Below, piece after piece: positions 26,586-41,910 of a stretch of 64,000 nt of DNA. Within the stretch, counting starts at the first letter, position 1, and the number at the start of each line of letters is the position of its first letter. A model generated the notes under the pieces. It saw only the letters and a program-made list of their open reading frames with translations, did not search any database and was not told where the DNA came from. Made by a program: the position numbers and the translations under genes. This DNA comes from Octopus vulgaris (lineage: Eukaryota), in assembly GCA_951406725.2 (NCBI GenBank), contig OX597828.1, positions 34,534,001 through 34,598,000 on the forward strand, written 5' to 3'.

Positions 26586-27500
26586 CACTGCTCAACAAAT
26601 TTAAATGTCTTATACTCATTATGAATGCAAACCAACTTTTTTACACTAATTTTTCATGCTGATTCCAAAATTTCACTCCATTTGTATGCAGCATATATAA
26701 GTTTTTCAGTAGATAAATGATGCAAATATTTTCATATTTGTATTTATATGAAGTCATTAACGTAATAAATAAGGACATATTATTTTTAGAGCGTAAATGA
26801 GTTTATTGAGTTAAAAATAGTCACTATCATTCTACATAGAGTGAATACACAAAGAACAACTGAATTAGAACCATTGTGATTTGGACTTCCTGCGGTGTTC
26901 CTGATCAGGTTGATCACGGTAAAGTGTCCAGCAGTAGTCAGCCAGCATACTGTCATTCCAGAAGCCTTGGTACCGTTTCTCCATAGAACTAATATCCAGG
27001 TGAAATCATTCACCATGTTCATCAGATACAGCTCCAAGGTTATTTGCGAAGAAATTCAGATGAGAGTCCAAGAAGTGAACTTTCAGTGACATGCGACAAC
27101 CCATTGCTGAGTAACATTTCAGAAGATTCTTAATGCCATTTTTGTGGTCCATTGCCTTCTTGTTGTCCAAGAAATTCTCACAGATCCAATTGAAAGTATT
27201 CTGAGCAGGCAGTTCCAGTTCATCCATTGTTGCCTTTACGTTGACATCTTTGAGTACTTCACTAATTTGTGGTTTGACAAAGATACCCTCTTTCAACATC
27301 GAGTTTTCCTGCCTTTCAAAATTGCTGGCCTTGCGTCAAAATCAGAAAGAATTTAGTATTAAATTTATGCTTGCAGGGATTGGTAAATCGCAGAAAAGGT
27401 CTGCGACAATATTCATTTAGAAACTACTGAAATATCTTGCTGCGTTCAATTAATTGCCCTTTGAAAACCAGAACTGGAAACCTAACAGTGATGCTATAAA
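26586..27500 (-). mobile_element. Decayed DNA transposon, probably Chapaev3 (CMC group)
   Basis: GCRMSLKVHFLDSHLNFFANNLGAVSDEHGE*FHLDISSMEKRYQGFWNDSMLADYCWTL motif; candidate terminus tta|CACTGCTCAACAAA at 26586. Superfamily assignment from recall. Confidence 0.65.
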
Positions 27501-28039
27501 GTTGCCCCCATTCTAAAACGTTTGAACAGTAGCAACACGTAAACAACATGAAATCTTTATATCCAGTTTACGTAGATGTCTTGTTAGAACACCAATACTG
27601 CGTTGTTAGCCTCGTGAGACCCTCATATAGGCGCTTGGCGCATGTCTATGTATGCTCTTACGCACCAAGTGCCTATATAAGAGAATCTGTCAACGCTAAT
27701 AACGCAGTATTCGGTGTTCTGATCTTTTAGTATTAATACTGCTTCTGTGGGTTGTAATTAACGTTAATCAATGTCTTTAATTGCCGCAAGAAATCTGTAA
27801 AGATTTAAATATTATTTTGATGTCTAAAATAAATTCAACAGTATAACGAACCGCCGTGTATTTGGGCCATGAACAGTATGAAATTAAGGGTCTGTGAGAA
27901 CCGAGTTCAAATCTGGTCGATGTAAATTTCACATTTTATCATTCTGTGGTCATGCAATAGTTTCCATCGATTAAGAACTCCGGCTCTCTCCCCCACCCCG
28001 CCAGAATGTATCATCTTGTACCAAGTTAAAAACCAGTTT

Positions 28040-28184
28040 TATTTTTTTCTTCAAGCCTGGCACTTATTTTATCGGAATCTTTTGCCGCAATGACGTAAAC
28101 AAACCGATACCAGTTGCCAAGCGCGAAGTTGGTGCACGCACGCACACTCACACACACACACTCACACACGCACACACACACACA

Positions 28185-28263
<79 letters not shown>

Positions 28264-28420
28264 GCTTCTATTATAGAAGTTCTGTCTACCAGATTTACTC
28301 ACAAGGATTTGGACGGCCCAGGGCTATAGTGAAAGACACCCAAAGTGCAACTAGTAAAACTGAACTTTAAACCAGGTGGTTGCAGATTATGCTTCTTAAC
28401 CATGCAGCCATGTCTGCACC
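28040..28420 (-). mobile_element. SINE family B, diverged
   Basis: Reverse-complement halves around (CA)n. Confidence 0.7.
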
Positions 28421-29237
28421 TGAGAGCAAAATAGCAGAAATGCATTACGCTATTTAGTTCCGATTCTTTAAGTGCCAAGTTCCTTTGCCTTAAATCCTTC
28501 TGATGGAACTGAACGAAAATAGCAAAATAGCGATGCTGTAGAGAGGTTCGTTGAATGGCTGTTTTCCTTCAGGACAGATGCAGAAGTTCGTGACGTCAGA
28601 ATTAGAATTCGGTCTTCCTCCAAATAAAAAAAAGAATAAATCCGACATTTTCAATTACGTCTCATATACATCTAAAATTCGAACAGTGCCGGCGGCTTAC
28701 CTGGAGCCGTGGATTAACTAGCATTAGTATACAGAAAATGGAAAATGCATTCCTTCAACTATAATCATTCTGGGGGAAATTCGTGTCCTTGTGTGAGTGT
28801 AAGCATAATGTTATGATAAATGTTGTGGAATACGATGCAGGCCCCTGGCAATAGAAGACGAAGTTGCAGTTTTGGTCAGCTGCGGAAGCGAATGCTTTTC
28901 ACACTCATCATGTTAATTAATGATCTTCAAATTACAAGGGATATCACAAGTTATTGCTCTCCCTCTCCTAGCATCTACGTGTATATACATGTATACACAG
29001 ACACTAAGAGAGAGGGAGAACAATGAATTGGGATATCATATGTGTGTGTGTGTAGTGTGTGTGCGTGCATGCGTGTGTAAGTGTTGTGTGTGTGTGCGTG
29101 TGTGTGTGTGTAAGGAGATACTGTGCACCTACAGAAAAGTAAGAGACAGACTTAACGAAAGTAAAATATTTTATTAATCTGCATAATGAAATTGAGTACC
29201 TCTTTTTTTCCCGACAGTTAACACTAAACACACACAC

Positions 29238-29826
<589 letters not shown>

Positions 29827-30001
29827 ATAGATAGATGTATGTATATATAATAAATAAATAATATAATATATGTGTGTTGTGTTTATATATATATAATAAA
29901 TAATAAATAATATAATATATATATATATATATGTATGTGTGTATATATATATACATATATATATATAATAAATAATATACAATATATGTGTGTTGTGTGT
30001 G

Positions 30002-30084
<83 letters not shown>

Positions 30085-30309
30085 AATATAATAAATAATA
30101 TAATAAATAATATAATATATATGTGTGGGTGTATATATATATATATGATAAATAATATATTATATCATATATATATATAAATGCATACATGGATGCAGGA
30201 CGTCACCAATGGTGCAAATAACATGAAATACGTAAACAAACGAGGGAAAAACAAGTGAATTACGTAAACAACGAGTTTACATTTGGTGTTGCTACATAAT
30301 CTTACTTCA

Positions 30310-30920
30310 CTAATTCCTTTTAGAAATTAACGTTTGGTACATGAGTGAGTTTGATGCCACTGCCCTCATCTGCACTTCTTGCTGTGAAGTTGGTTCATCT
30401 GGGACACTTGTCAGTAAGAATCCTAGTGTTATTTTGAAGGCATCTACATCGACCCTATGTAGGTGTCTCAAGTCCTTCGGGAGGATATTGAAAAGCTGTG
30501 AGCTTTTAAAGCCCAGGCTATATGTTGATGGCAAATTTGGAGTCTTTGGCACTATGCAGCGGCGCCCTGTTCTAGCATTAGTATAACTCTCGATGCCAAA
30601 GTTTGGAACAGGTCCCTCTACGATCTTCCAGATGTATATTATGGCCTATCTTTCCCGCCTACGCTCTACGGAATAGAGTCTCAATCTCTTCAGTATTTCC
30701 CAGTAGCTTATATGCTGCCTAGAGGCTATCTTCTTCGTGTAGCTTCGTTGGATTGCCTCAAGTTCTGGAATTAATTTTACACTGGCTGGTGACCATAGCT
30801 GGAAGCAATAGGTGAAACGGCTTAGGACAAATGTCCTCCAGAGGACCATCATGGTTTCCTGAGCTCTCATTCTATAAGTTCTAAGAATCCTTCCGTTCAG
30901 CCGCTTGCATTTCATTGACA
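30310..30920 (-). pseudogene. Decayed CR1-type LINE 3' fragment (same family as 32031-34036)
   Basis: [36 protein letters not shown]...[12 protein letters not shown]...RLYSVERRRER; stops and a deletion. Confidence 0.88.
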
Positions 30921-30931
30921 ACTTAGTTTTA

Positions 30932-30980
<49 letters not shown>

Positions 30981-31499
30981 CATATATATATAGACATAAA
31001 TATACATATATATATATGAATGTATGTATGTGTGTATGTATATTTGTATATAAATGTGAGTGTGAATATGTATGTGCGTATATAATACGTTAAATGAATT
31101 GCATAATTATCCTGGTTACGATTCAATTCAATGGTCTTTTTGGTCGACTGTAGATATTTGTCCACGAAAATACTGACTGAATGAAACCATAGTTAATGTA
31201 CTTATACAATATAATATAATATATGATATGATATTTTATTCTATACGGTTCTTGCAACCTCGCTGGAAAACATCATTCGATAGTTTGAAAAATATTAAAT
31301 TCCAAGAAAAATCAATCTCTCAAATGTTACAAATACTGAAGATACACTCTGGGTCTAAATAGTTTTCCATTTCCTGAAATGTGCAGCTTGTACACACACA
31401 CACACACACACACACATACACACACATACACACACACACAGCATAATAGAAAACCATTAGTAATTGCCGGTGCAGTTTTGGTCGTACCCATTAAGCTGA

Positions 31500-31696
31500 T
31501 TTGAAACTTTGACACAAGTCCAATAATTGCGGGGTAAGAGGTAAGTCAATTACATCGATCCCAGTATTCAACTGGTATTTTATCGGCCTCCGAAAGAATG
31601 AAAGGCAACGTCGACCCTGGCAGCAACCGTAAAGACTTTGGAATGCCGCTAAACAAATTTTTCTAGCGCCGTAACGATTCGGCCAGCTCACCACTT
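31500..31696 (-). mobile_element. SINE family A, diverged
   Basis: tacatcgatcccagt...gaatgaaaggcaacgtcgac...taacgattcggccagctcacc. Confidence 0.7.
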
Positions 31697-31951
31697 TCAC
31701 ACTCACACAAATTAAATTAATGCTTTCTAATGTTTGTTACGACTACCAATATATTTGTGTGTGTGTATTCATTTGTGTGTGTGTGTGTGTGTGTGTATTC
31801 ATACACACACACACACATATGTATATCTGTCTGTTTACACCCCCATCACATATCCATATATATGTAATGTAGAAATACACAGATATATGTGTATATATAC
31901 GATCAGTAAGTATAAAAGTATAAATGTATAATATACTTAAAGTAACTCTTT

Positions 31952-32030
<79 letters not shown>

Positions 32031-32033
<3 letters not shown>

Positions 32034-34035
32034 TGATTGATTGATTGATTGATTCTAGTTTCAGCTTATGAGATGTGGCCATGCTGGGGCACCGCCATTT
32101 GGTGTTGCTACTTGGTTTCACTTCATGGAGGCTTTCTAGCAACTGCTATTTGGTGCATGAGAGAGTTCGATGCAGCTGCCCTCATCTGCCCGTCCTGCCG
32201 TGAAGTTGGTTCATCTGGGACACCTGACAGGAAGAGATCCAGCTTCATTTTAAAGACATCTGTATCCACCCCATGCAGGTCTCTCAGGTTCTTCGGGAGG
32301 ATATTGAAGAGCTGTGGTCCTCGGAAGCCCAGGCTATCACAGAATCTTGTCCTACATCTTGATGGCAGGTTTGGAGTCCTAGGCACCACGCAGTGGCGCC
32401 CAGTTCTGGCATTTGCGTAACTCTCGATGCCAAAGTTCAGGACACTTCCCTCCAGGATCTTCCAGATGTATATTATGGCATATCTTTCCCGCCTACGCTC
32501 CAGGGAATATAATTTTAATCTCTTGAGTCTTTCCCAGTAGCTTACATTCTGCATAGAGGCTATCTTCTTTGTGTAGCTTCGTTGGATCGCCTCAAGTTCT
32601 GTGATCAACTTGACACTGGATGGTGACCATAGCTGAGAGCAATAGTCAAAGTGGCTTAGGACAAGTGTCTTCCAGAGGACCATCATGGTTTCTTGTTCTC
32701 TTGTTCTAAAGGTTCTAAGAATCCATCCAGCCAGCCGTCTACATTTCATTGTCAGTTTAGCAACATGTACATGAAAGGTCGCGTCATCACTCATGTGAAT
32801 ACCCAGGTCACGCACTGATTGTGCCTCTGGGATTGCAATCCCTCCGGGTCCAGTGTATTCATTGGGTATTGCATTCAGTTTTGCATGCTGATAGTATAAA
32901 GCTTGAAACTTTCCAGCATTGAACTGCATGCTATTCTTTTCAGCCCACTTGTATATTTCGTCCAGCTCACATTGCAGGTGTTTAGTGTCCTCAAGGTTCT
33001 GTATTGCCTGTGAAACTTTTGTATCATCTGCATAACTTGTGATCGTGGCTCTCTGCGTGGCTGAGGGCATGTCTGAGAGGGCCATTATGAACAGTAGTGG
33101 TCCCAGAACAGTGCCCTGCGGAACACCGCTCACTATTTGTGTGTTAATGGAGGTGGCCCCATTGGCTACTACCACCTGACTTCTATCCTTCAGAAAGTCA
33201 TGAAGCCATTCTCCCAGTTTTCCAACTATGTTGAGATCACGCAGTTTGTGACATATCATTCCATGATCGACTTTATCAAAGGCCTTTGCAAAGTCGAGAT
33301 ATATCACTTCCACATTTGAGTGGTTGAGCAGCCGTTTCAGCACCCAGTCATAGTGTTGTAGGAGCTGAGTTAAACAGCTTCTCCCTGGTCGGAAACCATG
33401 TTGGGTGTCGGGCAGCAAGTCATTCTCTTCAAGGAAAGTGATCAGCTTCCTTCTGACTATTCGTTCCATGACCTTGCTGATGTGTGAGGTCAGAGAGATA
33501 GGTCTATAGTTCTTGGCTTCCGCTCTGCTACCTCCTTTATGAATGGGGCATATTTTACCTTCCTTCAGTTTTCCTGGAAGTTTGCCAGATGCAAGGAAGC
33601 TCTGAAAGAGGAACTGCAGTGGTTTTGCTAGGACTCTCTTACATGCTTTTAGGAGGATTGCCGGGAATCCATCGGGGCCAGTAGCTGAGTCTGTTTTCAT
33701 TTCATCTATAGCCTTGGTTACATCGTCTTCCTTTATATCGATGTAATCTATCGTCGCCGCCTCTGATTTTATATCTGCAGTGGTAAAAAAGTCAGTTGGA
33801 TTGGTGATTTGGAGATGCCCAAGGGGTGGAGTGAAAACACTCTTGAATTGCTCATTCAGTATTTCACTTACCCTCATTGGTTTTCCTGTAAGTGTGCCAT
33901 CCTTTTCGAGGAGTGGCCCTATTCTACAGTGCACTGTAGCTGTTTCTTTGGCATACCTGTAGAAAGCTCTGGGGTTAGATTTTATGTTTTCTATAGCCCA
34001 GGCTTCTTTGTCTGCTCTTTCTTTTTCATGGGAGA

Positions 34036-34036
<1 letters not shown>
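32031..34036 (-). mobile_element. CR1-type LINE, 5'-truncated, (AATC)n tail, inserted in (TA)n
   Basis: Uninterrupted RT ORF, short 3' UTR, (GATT)n at 32031-32054, (TA)n at both junctions. Confidence 0.9.
32123..34036 (-). CDS. LINE ORF2 reverse transcriptase (endonuclease lost; predicted N-terminus is microsatellite)
   Basis: [72 protein letters not shown]. Confidence 0.92.
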
Positions 34037-34072
<36 letters not shown>

Positions 34073-34081
34073 TAGATAGAT

Positions 34082-34144
<63 letters not shown>

Positions 34145-34681
34145 GCGGTGTACGTACACTTTGTTCTCTTATATGTAAGTACATATTTCACTAAACTTTG
34201 TACGACTTCAACACTCTCTCTCCCCTCCTTAATTCTTTTGCTCCTCTTTTTCTCTCTCTTCTCTTCTCATGTAACCGCTGACCTTTTGCGTCGGACCACC
34301 GTCACGGTCACATCGTACTTTTCCTCTGCCGTAAGGCTTAATTCTCAACGCGCCAGCTGAATTCAATTCGTCTCCAGTCGAAAGACGCCTGTTGTTATGT
34401 CCTGTTATTATTATTATTGTTTTGTTTTTGTATTTATATTGTATTATTTTTTGTTTTTTTTGTATTATTTTTGTATTTATATTCGTGTAACATCGTTCGT
34501 TTTTCCGTCCTTGTTTCGTATAAATTTGATCCTTTTTCCAAGAAATCTAATGCCCTTAGCTTAGTTTTTCCTTGGGGCTGGCCAGATTGGAGCAATCTCA
34601 AGACTAATCAACCGAAATTGCGAGGATGATCCGGTTCTTGTATCGTCTATTTGGATTCTTTGCGTTCTTGTCCCATTTTGC

Positions 34682-34744
<63 letters not shown>

Positions 34745-34746
<2 letters not shown>

Positions 34747-35045
34747 GTGAGGGTGACCCCTTCTGTCATGAATGACCATGGGATTGCACTTAGAAAGTTA
34801 CTCTCCCAGGCACAAGTCCGGCAAGGTTGTTTATGGAAGACCAGCAGTCGCCCTTGCATACCAGCATCCTCTCTCCACGCCACAGATGTTATCCAAGGGA
34901 AAGGCAAAGGGGCCGTTACTGCTTGGTACCAGTGATATCACAACTCATTTCTACAGTTGAATAAACTGGAGCAATGTGAAATAAAGTGTCTTGCTCAAGA
35001 ACACAACACGCAGCCCGTCCGGGAATCGAATTCACAATCTCGCTT
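34745..35045 (-). mobile_element. tRNA-derived SINE family D
   Basis: Minus strand: aattcgattcccgg (B box), then gttgtgttcttgagcaagacactttatttcac, shared with 41650-41910. Confidence 0.65.
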
Positions 35046-35353
35046 GACGCTCTGAGCTCTAAACGAATAGGTACGATGAGTAAGTTCTATAGCTGGTCGT
35101 CCGTTAGGCTTTAGGATTGATAATTATTGATTCTTTGGAAAGCTTTCCGAAATCGCTTCGTGATATGTATGAAGAACTGGAGCTGGATGCCAGGTACATG
35201 AGTGGAAATGCAGAGTATAAAGCAACAATAGGTACACCATTTTTCTCCCGCCTCTATTCTACCTTTACTCCTTATTCTTGTATTTACTCCTTTGTTCTTC
35301 TATTTTATTCCTTATAAACTGTGAATCTTTCCTGTCTAAAATATTCATACCTT

Positions 35354-35429
35354 GTCTCTGTTGACGGAATACCCAGTGCATGGTATCGCTAACCTACAAC
35401 TCGAGTTATCCCAGAAACGTCTGTAAGAC
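35354..35429 (+). ncRNA. Hammerhead-ribozyme-like motif (variant core)
   Basis: gtct-CTGTTGA-c-ggaata...tatccc-a-GAAAC-gtct-GTA-agac; stem I gtct/agac. Confidence 0.45.
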
Positions 35430-35527
35430 TTTAAATTCACTTTGCCCTAATTAAATAATTCTGAATGGCTTGAGATACTGGTTCTGCCTTGGTTTTACTT
35501 TTTCTTCTAATGTAATTTAATAACATA

Positions 35528-35574
<47 letters not shown>

Positions 35575-35606
35575 TTAATAATAATAATGATGATAATAAT
35601 AATAAT

Positions 35607-35680
<74 letters not shown>

Positions 35681-35700
35681 TAATAATAATAATACTAATA

Positions 35701-35747
<47 letters not shown>

Positions 35748-36016
35748 CATGCACGCACATACATATATGACTATATACGCACCACACGTGTATATACATA
35801 TTTACACATTTGTATGCGTGTTTATGTGTGTGTATGCGTGTATGTATGTGTGTGTGTGTTGTGTGTGTGTGTGTGTGTGTGTGTGAAATGTATAGCTAGC
35901 TATGTATTTCCTATGTGAATAAAAAAAAACAAAGATTAATCTAACGCATGGTTGCAATTAATGATAAAGATGATGTCGAATACGTACAAAGTCTTTTAAC
36001 AGTAAGAGAGAGAGAG

Positions 36017-36113
<97 letters not shown>

Positions 36114-36809
36114 TAGAGATTTTAAGAAAGAAGCGTAGAGAAACAATATATATTATATAAATACTGGCTGCAGCAGCAGCAGTGGAGGATGTTACTTTAC
36201 TTGTAGGCATGAGCTGAGATAACGAATCAATATATTTACAATTATAAGCCTGTCGTACGTGACTAGGCGCAAAATAGAAGACCGAGCAATTCCAGAACTT
36301 TGCAATCCTGACCAGACAGTATGGCGTTTTGGGGGGAAGTGTTCATTAAGCAAAAGTTTGAAAAGACTTTCTGATTGTTCCTTTCTATCTTTCTCACTTT
36401 CTCCCAGTCTTCTTTCTCTCTCTTCTTTGTCCTTCGCTCGTTTTCTTTTAATTTTTCTCTATGTGTAACCGAGGCGGTGAATTGCTCAGAGGAGGTAAAC
36501 CAGATTTTGCTTGGTTTTAATCTTATACATCTTAAAGCAATGTATTCACGGAATCGTTCGAGTACCGGATAAAATGCTTTCCAGATTTTTAAGTACCGGG
36601 CTTCAACATTCAGAATTCAAATCACGTTGGGATTTACTTATTTCCCTCATCCGACAGCGGCCATGTTGGGGCACCACCTCGAACAGTTTTAGTCTAACAA
36701 ACTGACATGTGTACTTAGTTTTTTTTGTTTTTTTTTTTGCAGTTAGGTACATACTCTATCGGTTTCTTTTACTGAACCACTGACATCATATAAATTTAGA
36801 AACTTCGAG

Positions 36810-37660
<851 letters not shown>

Positions 37661-38308
37661 GAGTAATTCTATTTTACTACTTTGGATAGAAAAAGCCGAG
37701 TAAATATGACAGGCGTTCTGCCATTGAACCAAAGCAATACTTCGAATTACTCCATTCGTCTTGCCGGTATATACATATATGCAAGTGTGTCTCTGTGCTG
37801 GTGTTTGCGTTCTGACCCTTCCGCTTGACAGACGAGTTGCTTTGTTTACATCCACATAACATAGCGGTTCGCTTAAAGACACCGATAAAATAAATATCAA
37901 ACTTAAAAAATAAAATATTAGGGTAGATCTGTTCGGTTAAAACCCTTCGAGGCGATACCCCAGAATGGCCGCAGTCCAGTAACCAAAGCAAGTGAAAATA
38001 GAAGGTAGAGCTGCAAACATTCTAGATCGACATATTCAGTGAACTAACTTGATTGTATATCTACACATACTTAACGTATCTTAATAGATCTGACAAGCAC
38101 TGGAATAAATAGATGACACTTTGCTGTGAAGGTGTAATAAAGCCGAAACATGTCGGGATTTGTGAACATGTCAACTAAAAATTACACCATCCTTCCCTTC
38201 ACTGACTTGAAATTTTAATTAACAACTGGATCACTTATTAGTCAACGCATTTCAAATGCTCACACACACACATACATATATGCACACACACACAGACGCA
38301 CTCACACA

Positions 38309-38352
<44 letters not shown>

Positions 38353-38765
38353 TCCTTACACATGTTTCTATCTCTCCGTTTCTTCGTTCTCGCTCCATTT
38401 TTTCCTCTCCTCCTTTTCTATTGGAGAGCGTCGGCTCGAAACGTCAAAGACTTTTGATAATCATTGTTATCATTATTATTATAATTTAGCAGAAGCAACA
38501 GAGTGATTCAAATCTCGCGCGTTAGCATATCAAGCTTTTCTATTTTTCCTATTTGCCTTACCAAACCTGTGTGTGTGTGTGAGCGCGTATGTGTGTGTGC
38601 GTGTGGTGTATGTGTGTGTTTGAGTGTGTGTGAGTGTGAGTGCGCGAATCTTTGTATTTGTACTCATCCCGATTGACAACCGGAATTTGTTTGCGTTGCG
38701 TAACTTAGAGGTTTAGCAAAAGAAACCGATAGAATACGCCTCAGACTTTAGCAAAATATGTATAT

Positions 38766-38914
38766 AGGCGCAGGAGTGGATGTGTGGTAAGTAGCTTGGT
38801 TCCGGGTTCAGTCCCACTGCGTGGCATCTTGGGCAAGTGTCTTCTGCTATAGCCCTGGGCCGACCAATGCCTTGTGAGTGGATTTGGTAGACGGAAACTG
38901 AAAGAAGCCCGTCG

Positions 38915-38957
<43 letters not shown>

Positions 38958-39170
38958 ATGTGTGTGTGTGTATGTGTGTGTGTGTGTCCCCCTAGCATTG
39001 CTTGACAACCGATGCTGGTGTGTTTACGTCCCCGTCACTTAGTGGTTCGGCAAAAGAGACCGATAGAATAAGTACTGGGCTTACAAAGAATAAGTCCCGG
39101 GGTCGATTTGCTCGACTAAAGGCGGTGCTCCAGCATGGCCGCAGTCAAAATGACTGAAACAAGTAAAAGT
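38766..39170 (+). mobile_element. SINE family B, full length
   Basis: Matches the family; small deletion in the head. Confidence 0.9.
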
Positions 39171-39824
39171 AGAAGTATACCCGATTCTATTTGTTCGATT
39201 AAAAACCGTTCAGACAGTGCTACAGCATGGCCTCTATCCAAATGCTGAAAGACAAAAAGAGAATATGTACATATGTGTTTGCATATATATGTGTTTGTGT
39301 GTATGTCTGTGTGTTTATTACATCATATATTTACTGAGGGTTATTCCATATGCTTTTCAATACAGGAAATACGAAAACAACTCTCAAAAAATTCGATATG
39401 CATTAGAACCAAGATTGCTTTATTCTTGGCATTTTCTTCATACAGCCATATAGTATAATAAATTATATTATCTGAGTTTTCCTCTGAAGATTTTCAAAAT
39501 TTGCTCCAAAAATGTGCAGATTTTTCTACAAATAGGCTGCTCTCTGCCTTTAGCGATATCATTGGCAGTAGTTATAACCTAATTTTTGTTGGTGATAGTA
39601 ATCGATGAATGTACACAATTGTGAGAGAAAAGAGCTGTAAGAAAAACTAGAAGTGTAAATAATACGTTTATGTTATTTATCGTATATCATATCATATTAC
39701 ATGTATATTGTCGTATACATATACATAGATGTATATAACAGACAATTGTATCGCTTAGACGTGTTGATAAACAAAATGGATGATTGCCCACTTAATATAA
39801 AGAGCATTGTATAATACATACGCA

Positions 39825-39855
<31 letters not shown>

Positions 39856-40999
39856 GCACGCTACAAACGCACGCAAACACACACACTCACACACACATAT
39901 ATACGGATATATGTAACAGATCCATGTATATAAACGCACAGAAACATAAAAAAATATACATATTCGTACCAGACATTCGCCATTTTGAAACGTGAATTTA
40001 TCTTATTATGTAAAACTCTCTCTCTTCGTTTTTTTTCTATATTTGTTCATTTACATTTATCTGTCATTGCCCCTTCTCTTTCTCTTTCTCTCTCTGTCTA
40101 TCAGCATTTCTCCCTCTCTCTCTTTCTCTCTCTGTCTCTCGACACGTAGCTTTTGTTAGTATCGTTACAGGAGAAAAACCTGTCTATATATTGCTGAAAG
40201 TCGCCATTTTACCGTGGCGATCTTCGTATTGTGACGGACCACAAAGTTGGCCGACGTTGTTATTGCTGTTTCTTTTTTATTGTTGTTGTTATTGCTGTCT
40301 ATTCTGCTCATTGATTACCATTATATTTGTTTATGTGAGATAAACACTCAGTCCCAGATACATTATCTGATTTGCTTTCACGCCAAATAGTTTCATCTAC
40401 TACTACCACCGCCGCCTCCACTACTACTACTGCTACTACTACTACCACCGGTACCAGAAGCACCAGTAGTACCACCAGCAACAGCACTACGACTACTACT
40501 TTTTCTCTTCTTTTCCAATTATTTTTTTGTTTCCGTTGTTGTTTTTGTTGTTTTCAAAAGTTGAATCAATATTTATTTATTTCATAATATTTTCGTCTGT
40601 CGAAGATCTGTGGATTAGCAAAATCGCTAAAGTATCATCGAAAAAAAAAATCTTTCTTCAGTATTTAGTTTCGAATCTTGTCTAGGAATCGATATAATTG
40701 GTCTTCTCAGCCAAAATAAATCGTGATCTCATATGGTTTTATGAAAAAATCAGTATTTCTGCCGAGGGAAGGCGCGCAGCGTGGTGTGTTCGGTTGACGA
40801 TCATAATGTCACGTGTTCAGTTCTTGGGCCTGCCGACACGTTGTGGCTTTGTGGAATTCACTTCATTTTCAAGTCTAACAGCGTAATCAGGTAGAAATAC
40901 GTATTTGTCGAGTGTTTCTGCCGATCCTCATCTCTCTCTCTCTCTCCTCTGTCTGTCTGTCTGTCTCTCTCTTTTCAGCATCCAAAGCCCGTATGTGCT

Positions 41000-41355
41000 A
41001 CTGGGTCAAAGAGCGAAGGTGCAGGAAGATCTCTATGTCAGTGAATGGCTTGATGTGAAGTTGGGGTTAAGACAGGGTTGTGTGATGTTTCTGTGGCTGT
41101 TTAATCTATATATGGATCGTTTGGTGAGAAAGGTGAATGCTAACACCTTTGGTAGAGGAGCCGAAATGAGGGTGGGGAGAAAATGGAGAGAAATGGCCGG
41201 TGAGTCAGTTGTTTGCTGATGATACAACCCTGGTGGCGGATTCGGAAGAGCAACTGAGGAGACTGGTGGTAGAGTTTGGAAGACTGTGTGAGAGGAAGAA
41301 ACTGAAAGTGAATGTAGCAAAGAGTAAGGTGATAAGTTGTTCGAAAGATGGGCGC
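41000..41355 (+). pseudogene. RTE-type RT fragment, frameshifted
   Basis: WLDVKLGLRQGCVMFLWLFNLYMD and QLFADDTTLVADSEEQLRRLVVEFGRLCERKKLKVNVAKSKV in different frames. Confidence 0.85.
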
Positions 41356-41639
41356 CTAAAGCAATTAATAAAAACATGTTGCCAAACCAGACTCGTTCAT
41401 GAGTATCAGCTGGTTTTTAATTCCCGCTGGCAGACGGTGAAGTGAATTGGAAGAACTGATAAAGCATCGGTCAAATTTCCTTAAACCATTTAGATGTATC
41501 ACATCCGAATATGAGTTCGAATACTTATAAGGCTGACTTAGGATTTTGTCTGTTTTGGATGGTCACAAAAATTCTTGAAGTTGATGAAACCGGTTGATCA
41601 CACCTTGCAAATTTGTGATCCTGAATATGAGATCAGTAC

Positions 41640-41910
41640 TCCGTCAGTTGCGAGAGTCGAGGTTTCCACTTGATCTGATCAACGATACAGCCTACTCGGG
41701 AAATTAACGTGCAAGTGGTTGAGCATTCTATACTCACGCGTACCTTCAAGCTCTTTGATATACAGATACAGCTATCTCATTTTTGCCAGTGAACTGGAAA
41801 AACGAGGACTAAAGAGTCTTGCTCAAGAACACAACGGGCTGTCGATAATCGAACTCACAACCTTACTATCATGAGCCGAATATCCTTAACCACTAAGCCA
41901 CACGGCTTCA
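41640..41910 (-). mobile_element. tRNA-derived SINE (family D-related)
   Basis: Minus strand: gtggcttagtggttaag (A box), gagttcgatt (B box), gttgtgttcttgagcaagac. Confidence 0.7.

Noticed and set aside
28696-28780. Minus-strand cag|...cag|gtaag 69-nt candidate exon
   Set aside because: It has stops in all three frames and no other support.
36150-36380. Unique complex islands (also 40180-40260 and 46230-46600) as regulatory elements or exons
   Set aside because: No motif, splice or coding evidence can be established from sequence alone.
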